The notes beneath the pieces were generated by a model that saw only the letters and a list, made by a program, of their open reading frames with translations, did no database searches and was not told where the DNA came from. The translations under genes and the position numbers were made by a program. DNA of 64,000 nucleotides from the human T2T-CHM13v2.0 reference genome, Homo sapiens: assembly GCF_009914755.1 (NCBI RefSeq), contig NC_060931.1; one strand, written 5' to 3'. Shown one piece after another: positions 41,911-56,074 of this stretch; within the stretch, counting starts at the first letter, position 1; each line of letters starts with the position of its first letter.

Positions 41911-42083
41911 CAGGAATGGATCCAAATTATGGGGGCCTGCAGCTGTACAATCTGTGAAGGTCCTTTATAAGGCAAAGAATACACAGTTATGAATTGAGAA
42001 CCACGTGTAAGGTCTTGGAAAGGGTTCATGCAATGAGGGGCCCTGATGTACAGCTTCATTTGATTTTTAACACATCCATCTTT
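41911..42083 (-). mobile_element. MER53-like hAT element
   Basis: ggatcc..ggggcctgcagctgtacaat..aagaatac..gtcttggaaaggg..tgaggggccctga..agcttcatt. Confidence 0.7.
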
Positions 42084-42211
42084 GGGCTGAAGAATGAATG
42101 GGTGGTGATGAAATAGGTGTTGGTTCCTCCTTCAAGAAGGTCGTCTTTGAAAAAAGAAGAAACATTGAAAAATCACTGTAGGGGGTGGGTAGAGACCAGA
42201 GGGCACAAAAG

Positions 42212-42213
<2 letters not shown>

Positions 42214-42255
<42 letters not shown>
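42214..42255. repeat. (GT)21 microsatellite
   Basis: Perfect dinucleotide run. Confidence 0.98.
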
Positions 42256-42258
<3 letters not shown>

Positions 42259-44239
42259 TGGAGTGATGTGAGCATGCTGGTGACATAATTTGAGGTGATG
42301 GAGAGGGTTACACTAAAGAGAGAGCATGAAAGGTAAAATGAAGTTTCCGAGGGCATGGGAGAGGATAGAGTCAAGAGGAAAAGAGGTCAGAGAGAACGCT
42401 CAGGGGTGATATGAATAAGAGGGTTCACAGGAGTCTCTGAATGTGCAACCACAGATATAGAGATGACGTCAAACGAATGGTGTCACAGAATCTCAGGGAG
42501 GACATTTATAAAAGTCTTGGGAATACAGTTACCAGAAGGCAGTGTTTAGTGTGGCTGAGAGGACCAAGAGGAAGACTCACATCATCCACACTATTTCACA
42601 ATTAGAAGGCAATTGCTGACTTTCATCAAGGAAGCTTCAGTAGAGTTAGGGATGGAAACCTGATGACATTGGGTTGAAATTTGAGCAGGAGGTGAAAAGC
42701 ACATCAGTGAGCATGGCCTAAAAATCAGATGTGCTCATGAGGGCGACAGACCAGAACCCAGGGGAACACACAGACTCAAGTGAGGATTTTTTGCTTTGCT
42801 TAGTTAAATAAAGTGTGTGCTAAGATGGGGCACGCTTATGTAGTAAGAGACACAAATCAGGAGAGAGGGAGTGAGGGGACATGGGAAATGTATCAAGGAA
42901 AAAAAGTTTTGGTTAAAAGAAAATTTTGTCCCTTTTCAAATTTGAAAAGCAATATGAAGTATTGAAATAATGTAGAAAGAACATGGTATGTAGAAATCTC
43001 CTATAACTATACTTCCTATAAGTAAGTATTAAAATTTTTATTTGGATTTTTACTTTCAGACTTTTTTCTATTATAAATACAAATAGATATGCATATACTT
43101 TTTGAAACAATAATTCAACTTGATATCCAATATATTAACTTAGTATTTCACTTGAAATTGGAGACTGATGTTCCTATTAGTATTAGAGATCTAGCTCATT
43201 TATTTTTTGGATGCCTGGTAACTCATTTTTGATGAATCATGACTTGTTTAATCAATCCCCTATTGATGAGTATATATATTTTTTCGGTTTACTGTTATAA
43301 CAAGCAAGGCTACAGTCAACATCTTTGCATAGCTGTGTTGGTATTTCTGTAAAACTTATTACTTAAAGCATATTGCTAAGTCAGAATGTATGCAAATTTA
43401 TTTTATTAACAAATATTTCTAAATTTCTTCCTCAAAATGTTATTATCCTAATTTATACTTCTTCCCATGATACACTAAGTGCTTAGAAAATGATGATTTG
43501 ATATTAAACTTAACTCATTAAAGAATTGGAGTGATCGCATTTTAAAGTGCTCTGAAATTAGTAAAAAGTTCTTTGCAGAAGTGCCTGAAATACCTTAATT
43601 ACTGATTTAATCTTCCTCCAATGGAAACTTTTATTGAAGAAGCTGAATTCAAGAGTAAACAAATTATTTCGTATTGAATTTTATCATTTGCTTTGCTTTT
43701 CTGATTATTGTTTTTGTTACATATGTGAGTATTTTGGCTGCCTTACAGGTTAAATATACAAGCTGCTATATACAAGAACTTTAGTGGTGGAAGAAATTCA
43801 GAGAACATTTAGATCAACCTTATTGTGTATCTGAACAAAGAAAATCAATGGTCAGAGAGACTGGCTTTCCCCCATATACTCCCAGTGGTCTTCTGCACAG
43901 CTGCTTTTTGTGCAGCTGACTTTACCCGGGATGCCTCCCTTTGCTGCTTAACCTGTCTCCTCTGTTCTGTAAGACTTAGTCTCAAACTATGCATTTACCT
44001 GGTATCGACCAGAGTCTGCCTTGCATTATAAAAATGTCTTTCTGTGCCTGTTTGTTTCCCACACTTCAAGCTATAGGATTTTTCTGAGCAAGAACATGCC
44101 TTACTAATCTTTGAATCTCCAGTTCCTATTTCCAGGATATATACATTGTGACTTACCTAAATCTTTTAAAATTCCGCCCAGTGAATTAAAGAATATAGGC
44201 AATTACAATAAAGGATTCTAACATCAGAAAATAGAGACA

Positions 44240-44850
44240 TTCAGCCATTAAAATGCCTTCTGATGAAGGTACACACTTCACTTCTAAGGTATTCTTGCAT
44301 AAAAGAAAAAAGAAACTTGAGTCTAATGAAACCTCTAGGTAGAACTATCAGTATACATGTGGACAGAAGAACATGCTAAGTGACCCCTGGGAGGAAACCA
44401 GCAAAATACAGACTGGGCCAAATACAGAGGGCAAATAGTCTGATTTATTCAACAAATGAATTATAAAAAATATGGAGAGGAGAACTTACATAGATTCAAG
44501 ACTTAAGAGACACACATATCAACCAATTGTAATATATTTTGATTCCAATGTGAGCAAATACATTACAAAAATTGTTAGAAAATTAGATAAATTTGAAGAC
44601 TAACTGTGGGTATTTCCTAGTGCTAAGGAGTTATTGCTAATTTTTATACAGTTATTGTGGTTATGTTTTCAAAAAAGTCTTGATGATTTTAGATTGACCT
44701 ATGAAATATTTATGAATAAAATGATTTAACAACTGGGATTTGCTTCAAAATAACTTGAGCTTGACAATTGTTGGAGCTGGGTGATTGTTGATCGGATTAT
44801 TATACTCTTTAACTTTTATATATGTTTAAAATTATGATAAAATTTTTGGA
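44240..44850 (+). mobile_element. L1MC-like 3' fragment
   Basis: ctgggatttgcttcaaaataa, ttgacaattgttggagctgggtgat motifs. Confidence 0.7.
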
Positions 44851-46132
44851 TGTGGATAAATGAATATTATAATTACCTTTAAACTTACACTTGGATGATT
44901 TTCCTCATTCTCACCTCCACCTCTTTTCCCTTCCAGAAGCCAGCTATAATACAAGTGTTTTTACGATGAGCTTTAAGCTAGCCAGGATAAAGACACTCTT
45001 TTAGTATTATGAAATATAGGTGATGTGTTGGTAGTAGATTCACCTTTGCTGTACGTATATTCTGATTGCTTTTCAGATATTCAATTTGACACCCAGACAA
45101 CTTTCAAGAGCTCAGTTGCTATTCCATCCTCTTCCTGCTGTGATTTCAGCATCTAAAATTCCTCCTTATCCTGTGAAGTGAAGCTGGGACTTTGTCATAA
45201 GAGGAAGAAAGGGCAAGGGAAGGGTCTGTGAGGGTGAAGAGTGCTGGAGAATAACTCTTTCCCTGGCCCCATCTTCCTCAGCACTACTGATCTTTCAGGA
45301 GAATTCTAAGACTTTTGGCATATAAGCATCATCTGACTCTTGGATAATCTCAGGCATTTCTGAATAGCATGTTACCTGCTAGGATGAGCCGTTGCTACAC
45401 TAATATACTGTCTTTGAACCAAATTTCCCCATGTTGTCAGCATTGTACATTCCTCAGCTGCAAGGATCTTCTACTAATTCAGAGAATCATTGGTGGGAGT
45501 TTGCTTTATTACTTAGTCATGCACTAGCAAAGAGACCTAGTTAAAAACAAATGGAGGAGTATACCATGGTATTACAGGGAATACCTCTCGAATACCCAGT
45601 ATATTTATGTGACATGCAGTTTCCTTGGTAACTCAAAGAATCCGGAGCAGGAGGCACCGTGAACCTGTTCCCACAGAGATAGAGGACAGTGGTTGTAGGA
45701 GTTTATAGTTTCTTCTCCACATTGCTGAAATACATAGAAAGATTGCTCCCAGCCTACTTTTATACCTATGCAATAGAGAGAAAATCACTAGAAGATAACT
45801 CTTCTGACAGCATGATTCTACATTCAAATATTCAGAAGGATGAGTTGTATGATTTACATTAATATTCACTAGTCAGAGACTTGCTAGATTCTTCTTTTGG
45901 GTTCTGCCAGATTAGATACATGTGGACATTTTGAAGATTCTCTAAGAGAGCAACCAAAATGTTTCATTTAGAAAATCACGTTCTCTATGGAGAAGCTATT
46001 GGAATAGGGATTCTTTAACCTACAGAAAAAAATTGGGAAGTTTCTCAATGTCTGAAAACAGATTTTGTTGTTTCTAGTTATGTGATTGGATTGAAATGTC
46101 ATACACATTGAAGTGTTCATGGTACTTAGGAT

Positions 46133-46165
<33 letters not shown>
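46133..46165. repeat. (CA)12(TA)4 compound microsatellite
   Basis: Seen directly. Confidence 0.95.
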
Positions 46166-47681
46166 GTTTCCCCTTTGGTGGGGAAGGGGTATTGATAATA
46201 AAGACAAAAAAAAAAAAAAAGATGAGAACTCCTGGAACTTGAAGAACAATAAAAACCTCATACTGATTAATTAAGAATGATAGCTTGAAGATTTTCTTTT
46301 AAGCCTCTAGTTTCCTTTATGACCTAAGGGGAGGATTTTAGCCTCATCCTTTACCTGATGGAGTAAACATTGCAATTCTAGCTTACAGTGACCCTGCAGA
46401 TTTTGTATTATATAAGACTGCCTCACTTAAGTCTGCTTCATATGGGAAGATAGACTGAATATTTTGTTCAGGAAATTGATTGGAAGTAGCTTGGGGCCAG
46501 TTCTTGCTTGTCAATCATGTTTTTGTGTTTTTAAGATAATACATCTGTTTTTTCCTTCTTAGTCTCTAATAGATGATCATAAAATTGAAAAACAACTGAA
46601 ATTATGTGTAGCAGCAAGCTTAGTTATATTAAGCATGTATGAGAAACGTGCCAACTTACAAGGACTCAATGTGAGGTGTTTGTGTGGCAATTCAACAATA
46701 TCGATTTATTCTGAAGGAATTGAGGTCAGCTATGGAAAAACAATTCAATGGCCAGAAAACTATTTCCAGTATTTTCTTAGTAAAGAGTGCATCTCTTCTT
46801 TGTAAAGAGAGGAACATGTTATTTTTAGTAATTTGAGAACTAGTGCAACAAGAAAATACAAAACTGGAGAATCCCATGAGGTGGTGGATACATGAAGCTC
46901 TGTTACACCCAATCTTACCTTATGGAGCACTGTTCATCCATATCAGGCCTGCCTCAGCTGACAGGGTTGCTACAACATTCTCAAGACATGAGTGGTATTT
47001 CCCATAAAACACCCATTTACAAGCACAATTCTGTTTCCTACTTTCCTCCTGTACTGACACTCCCTAGGTTGTGTGGCACCTGACTATGTTTGTGCCCTTC
47101 TGAGTTTTTGTCCATCCTCTTTCCTTCCAGCCTCCCTCCTCCCTCCTTCTGAATTAAATTCCTTCCTTGTCTAGCTAAATAGCTATGTTAAAAGCCAGAA
47201 AGAATAAACTTCAACCATAGAGAAAAAAATATTTTATGAGAAGAGTGACAGGTTTAACACATCCATAAATGAAAATGATTTTCACAACTGAGGGTTATAA
47301 CTAAACATGTGATGGGTCTGAAGACTCCTGAAGCAATGCATTTGGAAGTATTGAAGCAGGGACCCTTGTAAGAGCTACACAAATGCTGCTTAACTCACCA
47401 TGCTACTTAATGGAGTACAATAGAAACTCTCTTTAAGTGCCGCTAAATTCCCTTATTACAAAATGGTTTTACATATGAATTGAATGAGAACTTCTCCCGG
47501 AGACTGAAAATCAGGGGGAAATGAGACTGGGATCTATTATTCCATAGATGGAATGAATACTAAATATTTCTTTTTAAAATGAAGATGTACTAAGATAATG
47601 ACATCTGCCATCTTGATTTTGAGAGAAACAACATGAAATCATTACAAGACATGGAATTTTGGAAGAAAATTCTTACTACCG

Positions 47682-48043
47682 TGCTATGGTCCAAATGTTT
47701 GTGTCTGCTCAAAATTAATATGTTGAAATTCTATTCTCAAGTCAATGGTATTAGGAGTTGGGGCTTTGGGGAGGTGATTAGGTTATAAGGATAGAGTTCT
47801 CATGAGTGGGATTAGGGCTTTTAGATACGAGACCCCAGAGAGCTTGTTCAACCCTTCAGCCGTGTGGGGTTACCCTGAGAAGACAGTCTTCTATGAGGAA
47901 GTGTGTCATCCCCAGATGGTGAATCTGACAGTGCCTTTGTGTTAGAATTTCCCACCTCCAGAACTGTGAGAGATAAATTTCTGTTGTTTGTAAGCCACTC
48001 AGTCTATAGTCGTTTGCTATAGCAGATCAAATGAACTAAGACA
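47682..48043 (+). mobile_element. MLT1A-type MaLR solo LTR
   Basis: tgctatggtc..aatgtttgtgtc ... cctccagaactgtgagagataaatttctgttgtt ... gaactaagaca. Confidence 0.9.
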
Positions 48044-48267
48044 TAACCGTCATTGTTTGACTGGCATCTTTTCAGTGCAAAAACAGAAACTTCACTGGGA
48101 TTGTTTTCAATGTAGGAGTTTAAAATTACTGCCCATATACGCTAATGGTAGCAAGTAAATGGGAGGCTGTAACATTTTGACTCAAAACCTCTAGAATAGA
48201 AAATAATAGATATTTGGGTGCTTGGCTTGAAAATTGAAAACTGTGAATAAAGCATGATTTTTTTTTT

Positions 48268-48585
48268 GCTGGGCACAGTGGCTCGCGTCTGTAATCTCAG
48301 CACTTTGGGAGGCCCAGGTAGGCAGATTGCTTGAGTCCAGGAGTTCAAGACAAGCCTGGGCAACATAGCAAGACACCATGTTAAAAAAAATACAAAAATT
48401 AGCCGGGCATGGTAGCACGTGCCTGTGGTCCCAGCTACTTGGGAGGCTGAGGTGGGAGAATAGCTTGAGCTTGGGAGACAGAGGCTGCAGTGAACCAAGA
48501 TCGCAGCACTGTACTCTACCATTGCTATCTAGCCTGAGTGACAGAGCAGGACCCTGTCTCAAAAAAAAAAAAAAAAAAAAAAAAA
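48268..48585 (+). mobile_element. AluJ-like, full length
   Basis: gcttgagtccaggagttcaagacaagcctgggcaacatagcaagac (J-type diagnostics); A25 tail. Confidence 0.93.
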
Positions 48586-50682
48586 GATTTTTTTCCCCGC
48601 AGAATTCTGTAAAAGTTGAAGATTACTGGATTAACTCTTCCTTTGTTTAGAACAGCTAGGCAAAGGGCTGGTGGCCATTTGGGGCTAGATAGGAAATTGA
48701 AGGAAAGGAGAAAAAGGCTAAAAAGACAAAACAAAACAATACAAAAAACAAACCTTTGGCTAAGAACAAGGTGAGATTTCAGTAGAACTAGCATGAGAAT
48801 GTCACTTTCATAAGGAGAGAAATACCTGTTCAGAAATGGAATGAACTTAGAGAAATAGAAGAAGATAACTAGAGTTGAGAGATTGTGAAATAAGTGCTGT
48901 GGGAACTCTGTGTGTACACTAAATCCTTCTAGCACCCTCTTTTTATTGTATAATATAGTAGAAAATGTTGTTATCTCAACAGCTGGCATTAGAATTGCTC
49001 TTACAGAGAGAACTGTCTTTGGTTAAAATTTTACCTAAGTAAAATTATTTGCGTAGGTTGGATTTTCAAGTAGAAATTGATATAGGGACTAAGTTCCATG
49101 TTCAGCTTGACGCTATATTAAAAAAAAGTAACTTATTGAGTCCTAACTCTAGCCATGCTCTTTTTTCTTGAAGTGTCACTGAAATATCTTTAAAGAACAA
49201 TTCCAGAAATATCATCTATTGCTGGTTATCTAACACGCTTCCTCAGTGGGATATAGCCTGATTATTTTTGAATAGTTTAAAACTGTAAAAAAAAAAAAAA
49301 CCCCACATTCCATGTGGGTTTAAATACTCCTCCTATCCCAATGGATTGATATCCTTAGTCAGAGAAAATTTGGTAGCCTCTAGAGTCTCCATACAAAGGT
49401 CTATCTGAATATATAAAGTGTGTTATTTGTCATAAATCCTTTTCCAAAAATGGAAACATTTGTAGAGTCGCAAAATGGGTATAAATCAGTAGAAAAGGTG
49501 TCAGGCCACCTGGGTTCTAATCCTAGATTTACCACTTTCTGTGTGATATTGATAACTCAGCCTTCCTTTCTGGATCCTAATTCTCAGATTTACAAAATAA
49601 GAGGGCTGGATTTGACTCTAACGACCTTTCTTCTAAAATCTATAAATGTTTGAAGCTGTGACTGAATCAAATGGCTTTTTGAAATCTTATAAAAATATCC
49701 TCAGGCTGTATTTATACCCAAAAAAGAGTTGATGCCATTATTTAGGTACCTCAAATCATTCAGTTTCGTTATATAATTTAATCCCTGGATAACTGAGGTA
49801 AATGAATTAGAAATGATGTATTAATTGGAGCAGTAAGGCAACGAGGATTGGATCTAACTGCCTTTGAAAATAATTACTTCCTAAAGTTCATCTAAAAAGA
49901 TTATATGAAAACAAACAGTTAATTATTGCAGTAAGCACAATCTGGACTAAGTTTGGAAGATTGAGTCCATTTTGAAAGGACAATGAGTTCACTTTAGAAT
50001 AACTCAGTCAGCTTTTGTAAAAGCACATATAAAAATTTAACATCACTAGTCATAAGTTAAGTCATAGTCATAAGTTTTGCCTATTGGATTGGAAAAACCT
50101 AAATTGAACAATAATAACTAATGCTGATAAAGGTGTTTGAGATAATCTTGCTCATGTACAGCTAGAGAAACATAAATAAGAGCAACCGAGTACGGAATTA
50201 TTTGAAAGAAAAGTAGAAGAAAATTATGGTTCTAATATTGCCCCTCTCATTAGCCTTGATAGAATTCAGGTTATAGCCTTGATATTATTTAGGAAATAGC
50301 TTTAATATAAATCAGCAAAATAGGTGGCACCTTTCACACACACACATATATATTATATATATTATAAATATTACATATTCATAATATGAATATTATAGCA
50401 ATCAGAATTCTTTTGATTGCTGGTCATCGTGTGACATTCTAAAAGAAAATTTGAAGGTAAGGCACTGACTAGGTGATGATAATGTCAGTTTAGGAGTCAT
50501 ATTAAAGCCTGGGCTGTAAGGGCTGAGGGAGCAGAGAAAGAATGAGGGTGACAAGGCCCAGAGGGAGGATCAAGGCACTGTGCTTCATGAATGGCCTGTG
50601 ATAGTCATTTAAATCCTATTTCATGAGAGAGAATGTTGTATATGTCCCTATCAAAATAGGTGACAGCAATAGATGCTTAAAA

Positions 50683-50792
50683 CATCAGCATGGTACATGT
50701 ATACATATGTAACTAACCGGCACATTGTGCACATGTACCCTAAAACTTAAAGTATAATAATAATAAAAAAAAAAGAAAGAGAAAAAAAAAAA
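50683..50792 (+). mobile_element. Young L1PA (PA2-PA4-like) extreme 3' stub
   Basis: catgtatacatatgtaactaaccggcacattgtgcacatgtaccctaaaacttaaagtataataataataaaa. Confidence 0.9.
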
Positions 50793-51344
50793 CTTGAGGA
50801 CTAGTTTTCCAGATTTAAATTTTTGAATTTTGCCACTAGGAAAGAATGGTTTGGAGCTAGATATGTAAGATACATAAACTCACACTGGGGACGATTGCTC
50901 TTCAAGGAACAGAACCTTTTTTGAATATAAATCTGAAAGTCAGAATTATAAATAAATTATGGTAGATCTTTTTCCCAACCTAGCTTAAGCAAAAGTTGGA
51001 AAATCCTAGACAAGAATTCTATTTCCAGCAGGTTAACTGTCTACATAGTCTGAGATATCCTGTTGCTGAAATACAATGAGATCTTTGAAAATTACCACAA
51101 ATATAATATTTAATGCCTTATTGGATTTGCTAGAAAGTAAGAAAAATACCAAAGGGCAAAAATAAACAAACAAAATAAAACCCAGTGAGTTGAATACAGT
51201 AGAGAGAAGTAAGTTGTAAAAAAGAAAGCAAACCAGGGCATGGTAAAGTATGATTACATGGAAGAAGATGAGACAGACACTAGTGTCTAGAGATTTTGGC
51301 AAAGTGAGGAAGCTAAATCTGAGAATCCTGCATTAAGCTTTACT

Positions 51345-51650
51345 AAGTGTTTTTTAACTTCTTTTTCTTTTATGGAAATCTGACAAATCATATCGGTTCC
51401 TTCACATACTAGTGATCCTTGATGCATAAAATTAAAAAAATGAAAGTACGAATAAAACCAATTACATAGGAATATAGGTATTAAATCATTTTTAAAAATT
51501 GTAATATATGTGCTTCTTTATTAATACGTTAAATAACATCTAATCACTATAATTTTAAAGTAGATATAAATGTAAATGATATTTTAGGACTTCTGCAACT
51601 ATAGAAACATGATATGGAAATATATGTAATTCTTATTAGTCAGAAATTCT
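51345..51650. mobile_element. Charlie1-type DNA transposon fragment
   Basis: gtaatatatgtgcttctttattaat..ttaaataaca..gtaaatgatattt..ctgcaac motifs. Confidence 0.65.
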
Positions 51651-52455
51651 AGTTTGGCTTCTTTTACTACTGTGAAAGAAGATGTTAAAATTAAATGAGC
51701 TAAGTATTCATCTTAAGAGAGTTAAAGAACACAGAATATACTCAAGAGAATGTAAAAGAAAGATTATAATTATATTAGAAACAGAAATTAATAAAGGAAA
51801 TCAAAGATAAAGTAGTGGGAATAACAAAACCAAAAGTTGTTCTTTGAAAATATTAATAAAATAGGCAACTGGTGAGACTGATCAAAAACAAAGCAGAAGG
51901 CATATATATCCAATATTAGGGATAGAAAAAAAATTATAATTACAGATACAGAAGAGATTCAAAAGGAAGTTAGAAAATACCATGGATAACTTTGTGTCAA
52001 CAGATTTGAAAACAATGAAATATACAAATGTTTAGAAAAAAGTAATTTATTCAAACTGACTACAGAGAAAATAGAAAGTATGACTACTTCTGTAACCATT
52101 AAAGAAATTGAGTAATTTAAATTATTTTCACAAAGAGGAAAAACTAGTGAGTGATTCCCAAAAAATTTTACTAAACTTTTGAGGGATAATTTTACTATTA
52201 TATCTCTTCTAAAAATAGAAAATAAAATTATGTTTCTTCAATTTACTTTAGGAAGCTAGTATTACCTTAATGACAAAACCACACAAGGGCACCTAGAAAA
52301 GAAAGTCATAGGCCATCTTACTCGAAATCATGGATGTGCAAATCCTGAGTAAAACATTAGCAAACCAAATAGCTATGAATAGAAAGATCACATCTTTTAT
52401 AAATTGTGTTTTTGCCCCAGAAGTTCAAGAGTAGTTTATGTCTTAAGCTGTCTAT

Positions 52456-52503
52456 AAATTAGATGTACTATATTTAGATGTACTAAATTAGATGTACTAT
52501 ATT
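52456..52503. repeat. Short tandem repeat with core ttagatgtacta x3
   Basis: Seen directly. Confidence 0.85.
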
Positions 52504-53565
52504 TTTTCAAAACATGGAAAAGAAATTCGATAAAATTCAACACTCTACCATTTATTATAAATATTTTTGAAGTAGGAATAGAAGAAAACCTTCTTAACCT
52601 GAAAAATGTATCTTTGGAAATGTTTTAAAAATATATTACTGTTCTTGAAAAATTATCTGTAAAATTGGGAACAAGATAAGTATGGACCAACATAACGGCC
52701 TCTATTTAACATTATTTTCTGTGTTTTAGTGTATTAAGTGCAGCCAGCATACTAAAAAAGCAAAATAATAAAATACACAAAGAAAAGAAGCAGCAAATCA
52801 TCATTATCTGCAGATAATGATTGCCTAAATTAAAAAACTAAAATGTCTTCACCCCATTGTTATAATTAATAAGAGATTTTATCAATGTGACTGGCTATAA
52901 GATATAAAAGAATTTAATTGAATTTTTATATATCATCAATAAACATAAATATAATTTTAAAGTGATAATATTCATGATAGCACAAAGCATAAGGGTACCT
53001 AGAAATAAAACTAACAAAACTGCGTAAGACCTTTATAGAAAAAAATTACAAAACTGTTTGAAAGCCATGAGGAAAAAATTAAATAAATGAAGAGATGTAA
53101 TATGCTAGTGGACTGGAAAACTCAGTGTCATAAAGACACCTGTTATCTACAAATTAAGCTAGGAGGTTTTTGAGAATCTTGACAAGTTGATTCTAAAAAT
53201 CTAGGGGGAAAATATGGCCAAAACATTGCTGAATAAGAATCTAATGTAGAAACTTGCTTTACAAAGATATCAGGACTTACTTTACAGTTACAGATTTAAT
53301 GCAGTGATATTTATGCTTGGTAGACAAATTGACTCATGAAGATGGGTCAAGAGCCCTGAAACAGAATCTACATTTGTGAACTCTTGATTTGCAAAAGACT
53401 TAGTATTACAGATAAGTGAAAAGATCAATGCCAGCCATCTGTTTTCATGCTAGAAAAAAAGAGATAATAGATTCTTACCTCACACCACATATATATACAA
53501 TAATTTTGGGTATGTTAAAGCCTTATTTCTGAAAGGCAAAGCTGTAAGCCTTTTAGAAGAAAACA

Positions 53566-53706
53566 GCTAATACATGCAGGGCTTAATATCTAGGTGATAG
53601 ATTGATAGGTGCAGCAAACCACCATGGCACACGTTTACCTATGTAACGAACCTGCACATCCCGCACCTGTGTCCTAGAACTTAAAATAAAATTAAATTTA
53701 AAAAAA
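53566..53706 (+). mobile_element. L1PA8-10-like 3' stub nested in L1M
   Basis: gataggtgcagcaaaccaccatggcacacgtttacctatgtaac. Confidence 0.88.
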
Positions 53707-55442
53707 TCTCATGATGGGAAATAGTTTTTAAAATACACAAGAAACAAAATGTGTAAGAAAAAATTAATAAAACCAAATGCATTAAATGAAGTACTTCTTT
53801 TTCATGTAAATTTACTGAAAAAAAAAGTGGAAAGACATTAACTGGAAGATATTTTCAAAATATGTAACTGACCAAAGTAGTAACTGAGCCGTGAGCACAA
53901 ATAGGAGAAATGAAGACAGCTTTGAGAACATTGTTTTATGAGCTCTAGAAGCCCTAGTCATTTACCTGTACTATTAGAGATCCTGTACCACATTACATCA
54001 AATTTCAAAATGCACCCATATCCCACAACAAAATATATTTTCCTTTAAATAATTGAAATATTTTTTTGTTTTTATTTTGAAATTATCCATAGTTAACTCA
54101 TCTGATTTCTAATGGTGATGCATTTTATCACAAACTCAAGCAATTCAGACCAATTCCACAAAGTCAGTAATTTGTACTCTCCTTTGAGGACAGATAGGCC
54201 AGCAATCTAGGAAGGTTATTTGCCTTGACTTTCATACAGGTTTCTGTCTCCTTGTTTTGGCCAAGTTAGCCCCACAAATTCTGGAATTTCAGTGAAATGT
54301 GTGGTTTTGACTGTTGACGTGGGCACTATTTTTGACTTGGCCTGCCAGTGGGCAGGACCCACCAACTGCTCACACACCAGCTAAGCACAGCAGCTGCCTC
54401 TCAGGAGAGGTGCCAAATGTGATATTTCACTGCTTTAAATAATCAGATACTTGTGAGTCACGACTGGTGCTTGGGACACCAGTCTGTTGGGTGTTTGTTG
54501 GTGCTGAGGATTACTAACAAGAGAGCAGAATATGATAGGTGAGAGTTAATAGCAGGTATGTTTCACTTTATTATGTATGTACTTGAGATGGGGTAGGGGG
54601 TGAGAGAATTCCAAGACACAGTTTTCCAGTTCTCCGTACTAGCCAGAATTCTTAGGCCCTAGATGAAATTCACCAGCTATTTAAGCATAGACTAAATGGT
54701 CATTTGTTGGGGGTTCCATAGCATTAATTCTTCACTGAATGATAGATTTGACCAGGATAATCTACAATGTTTTCTAACTTTGAATTCCCTCATACTAATA
54801 AAATCATGTTGGTGGAATGGGAGTGGTGAGAGGCAGAGTGATGGAAGAAGGGGCATGGATGTTTTATGTGGAAGAAAAAGTTCTCTAGGATTAAAATTAG
54901 TAGTAAAAGGCATTAGTTACTGCCTTTGAAAAAGGAATGGAAATAAATTTAATACTATGCCACATGATATTTTATCAACTCCAGCCTGTGATCTTGCAAG
55001 TAATATTTTATGTACAGCACCAAAATATCTGGTCATCTCAGTGAGAAGATTAATCAACTAATTATTTGGGGGATGAGTCTTTTATTTCCAGGGGCTACAT
55101 CAGCATCTTTGCATAAAATGCTGAAGACGTGAAATGCTCAGTGTGCCATTTTCATTAACAAGATGAGAAAAGCTTGAATTCCATCACTGTGAACTAGTTT
55201 GAAACTTGGCAAGCTATAGTCCTATTTTAGCTTTACAGTTTTTATAAAATAAACGATATTTGAAGGGTATTTTGAACTGACATTGTTAACTTAGGAGGTA
55301 ACAGAACTTGTGCAATTCAAAGTCAGTAAGAACTATATATTGCCCTAAAAGAAATAGATGGACTTCTCTGGTAAAGTTCATTGTACTTGAACAGTGACTC
55401 CTCTTGGGTAAGGGGATGGTAAGGCCCAATAGTAATAACCAG

Positions 55443-56074
55443 ATTCCTAAGGCCCAGTAACCTGAGGACAATTACAGAAATAACAAATTAGGGGCCTGCA
55501 GACCTGTTTTGATTGGCCTACATAGATTTTTTTAATTAAAAAATTTGTTGTAAACATAACTGTCTGATTTTTTTTCTTACAAAATTTTCTGACTTTTCTT
55601 AATATCATCAGACAGTATGGTGATACTGTGCCCAAATTCTTCAGTGGCAACTATTAGGTGCCCCTGTGTAGCCACTAGCATTTTTAGATGGGAGAGCACT
55701 CATTAGTGTGTCATCTTACCCATCACTCCCTATAGTCTGATGGGTGTCAGTCATTGATATTCCTAAGGCCCCGTAACCTGAGGACAATTACAGAGATAAC
55801 AAATTAGGGGCCTGCAGACCTGTTTTGATTGGCCTATATAGATTTTTTTTAAATTAAAAAATTTGTTGTACATGTAACTGTCTGATTTTTTCATACAAAT
55901 TCTGACTTTTCTTAATAAAATCAGACAATATGGTGATACTGGGCCCAAATTCCTTAGTGGCAACTGTTAGCTGCCCCTGAGTAGCCACTAGTATCTTTAG
56001 ATGGGAGAGCACTCAGTAATGTGTCATCTTACCCATCACTCCCTATAGTCTGATTGGTGTCAGTCATTGATATT
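55443..56074. repeat. ~316-bp tandem duplication containing a MER102-like hAT element
   Basis: Copies start at 55443 and 55759; MER102-like motifs ggcctgcagacctgttttg, gtggcaac..ctgagtagc..tttagatggg..cactccctat. Confidence 0.93.

Larger units (their letters stand above)
40985..42900 (-). mobile_element. Fragmented L2, interrupted by MER53 and (GT)n
   Basis: cattt actcatttattcag start and purine-rich antisense L2 body. Confidence 0.6.
51670..53880 (+). mobile_element. Old L1M ORF2 fragment (disrupted)
   Basis: ccaaaagttgttctttgaaaa, aaacattagcaaaccaaat, ttcgataaaattcaacac, tctgcagataatgatt (FADDM region). Confidence 0.85.

Noticed and set aside
48142-48989. Overlapping ORFs of 90-154 aa
   Set aside because: Alu-derived or low-complexity frames; no recognisable domain.
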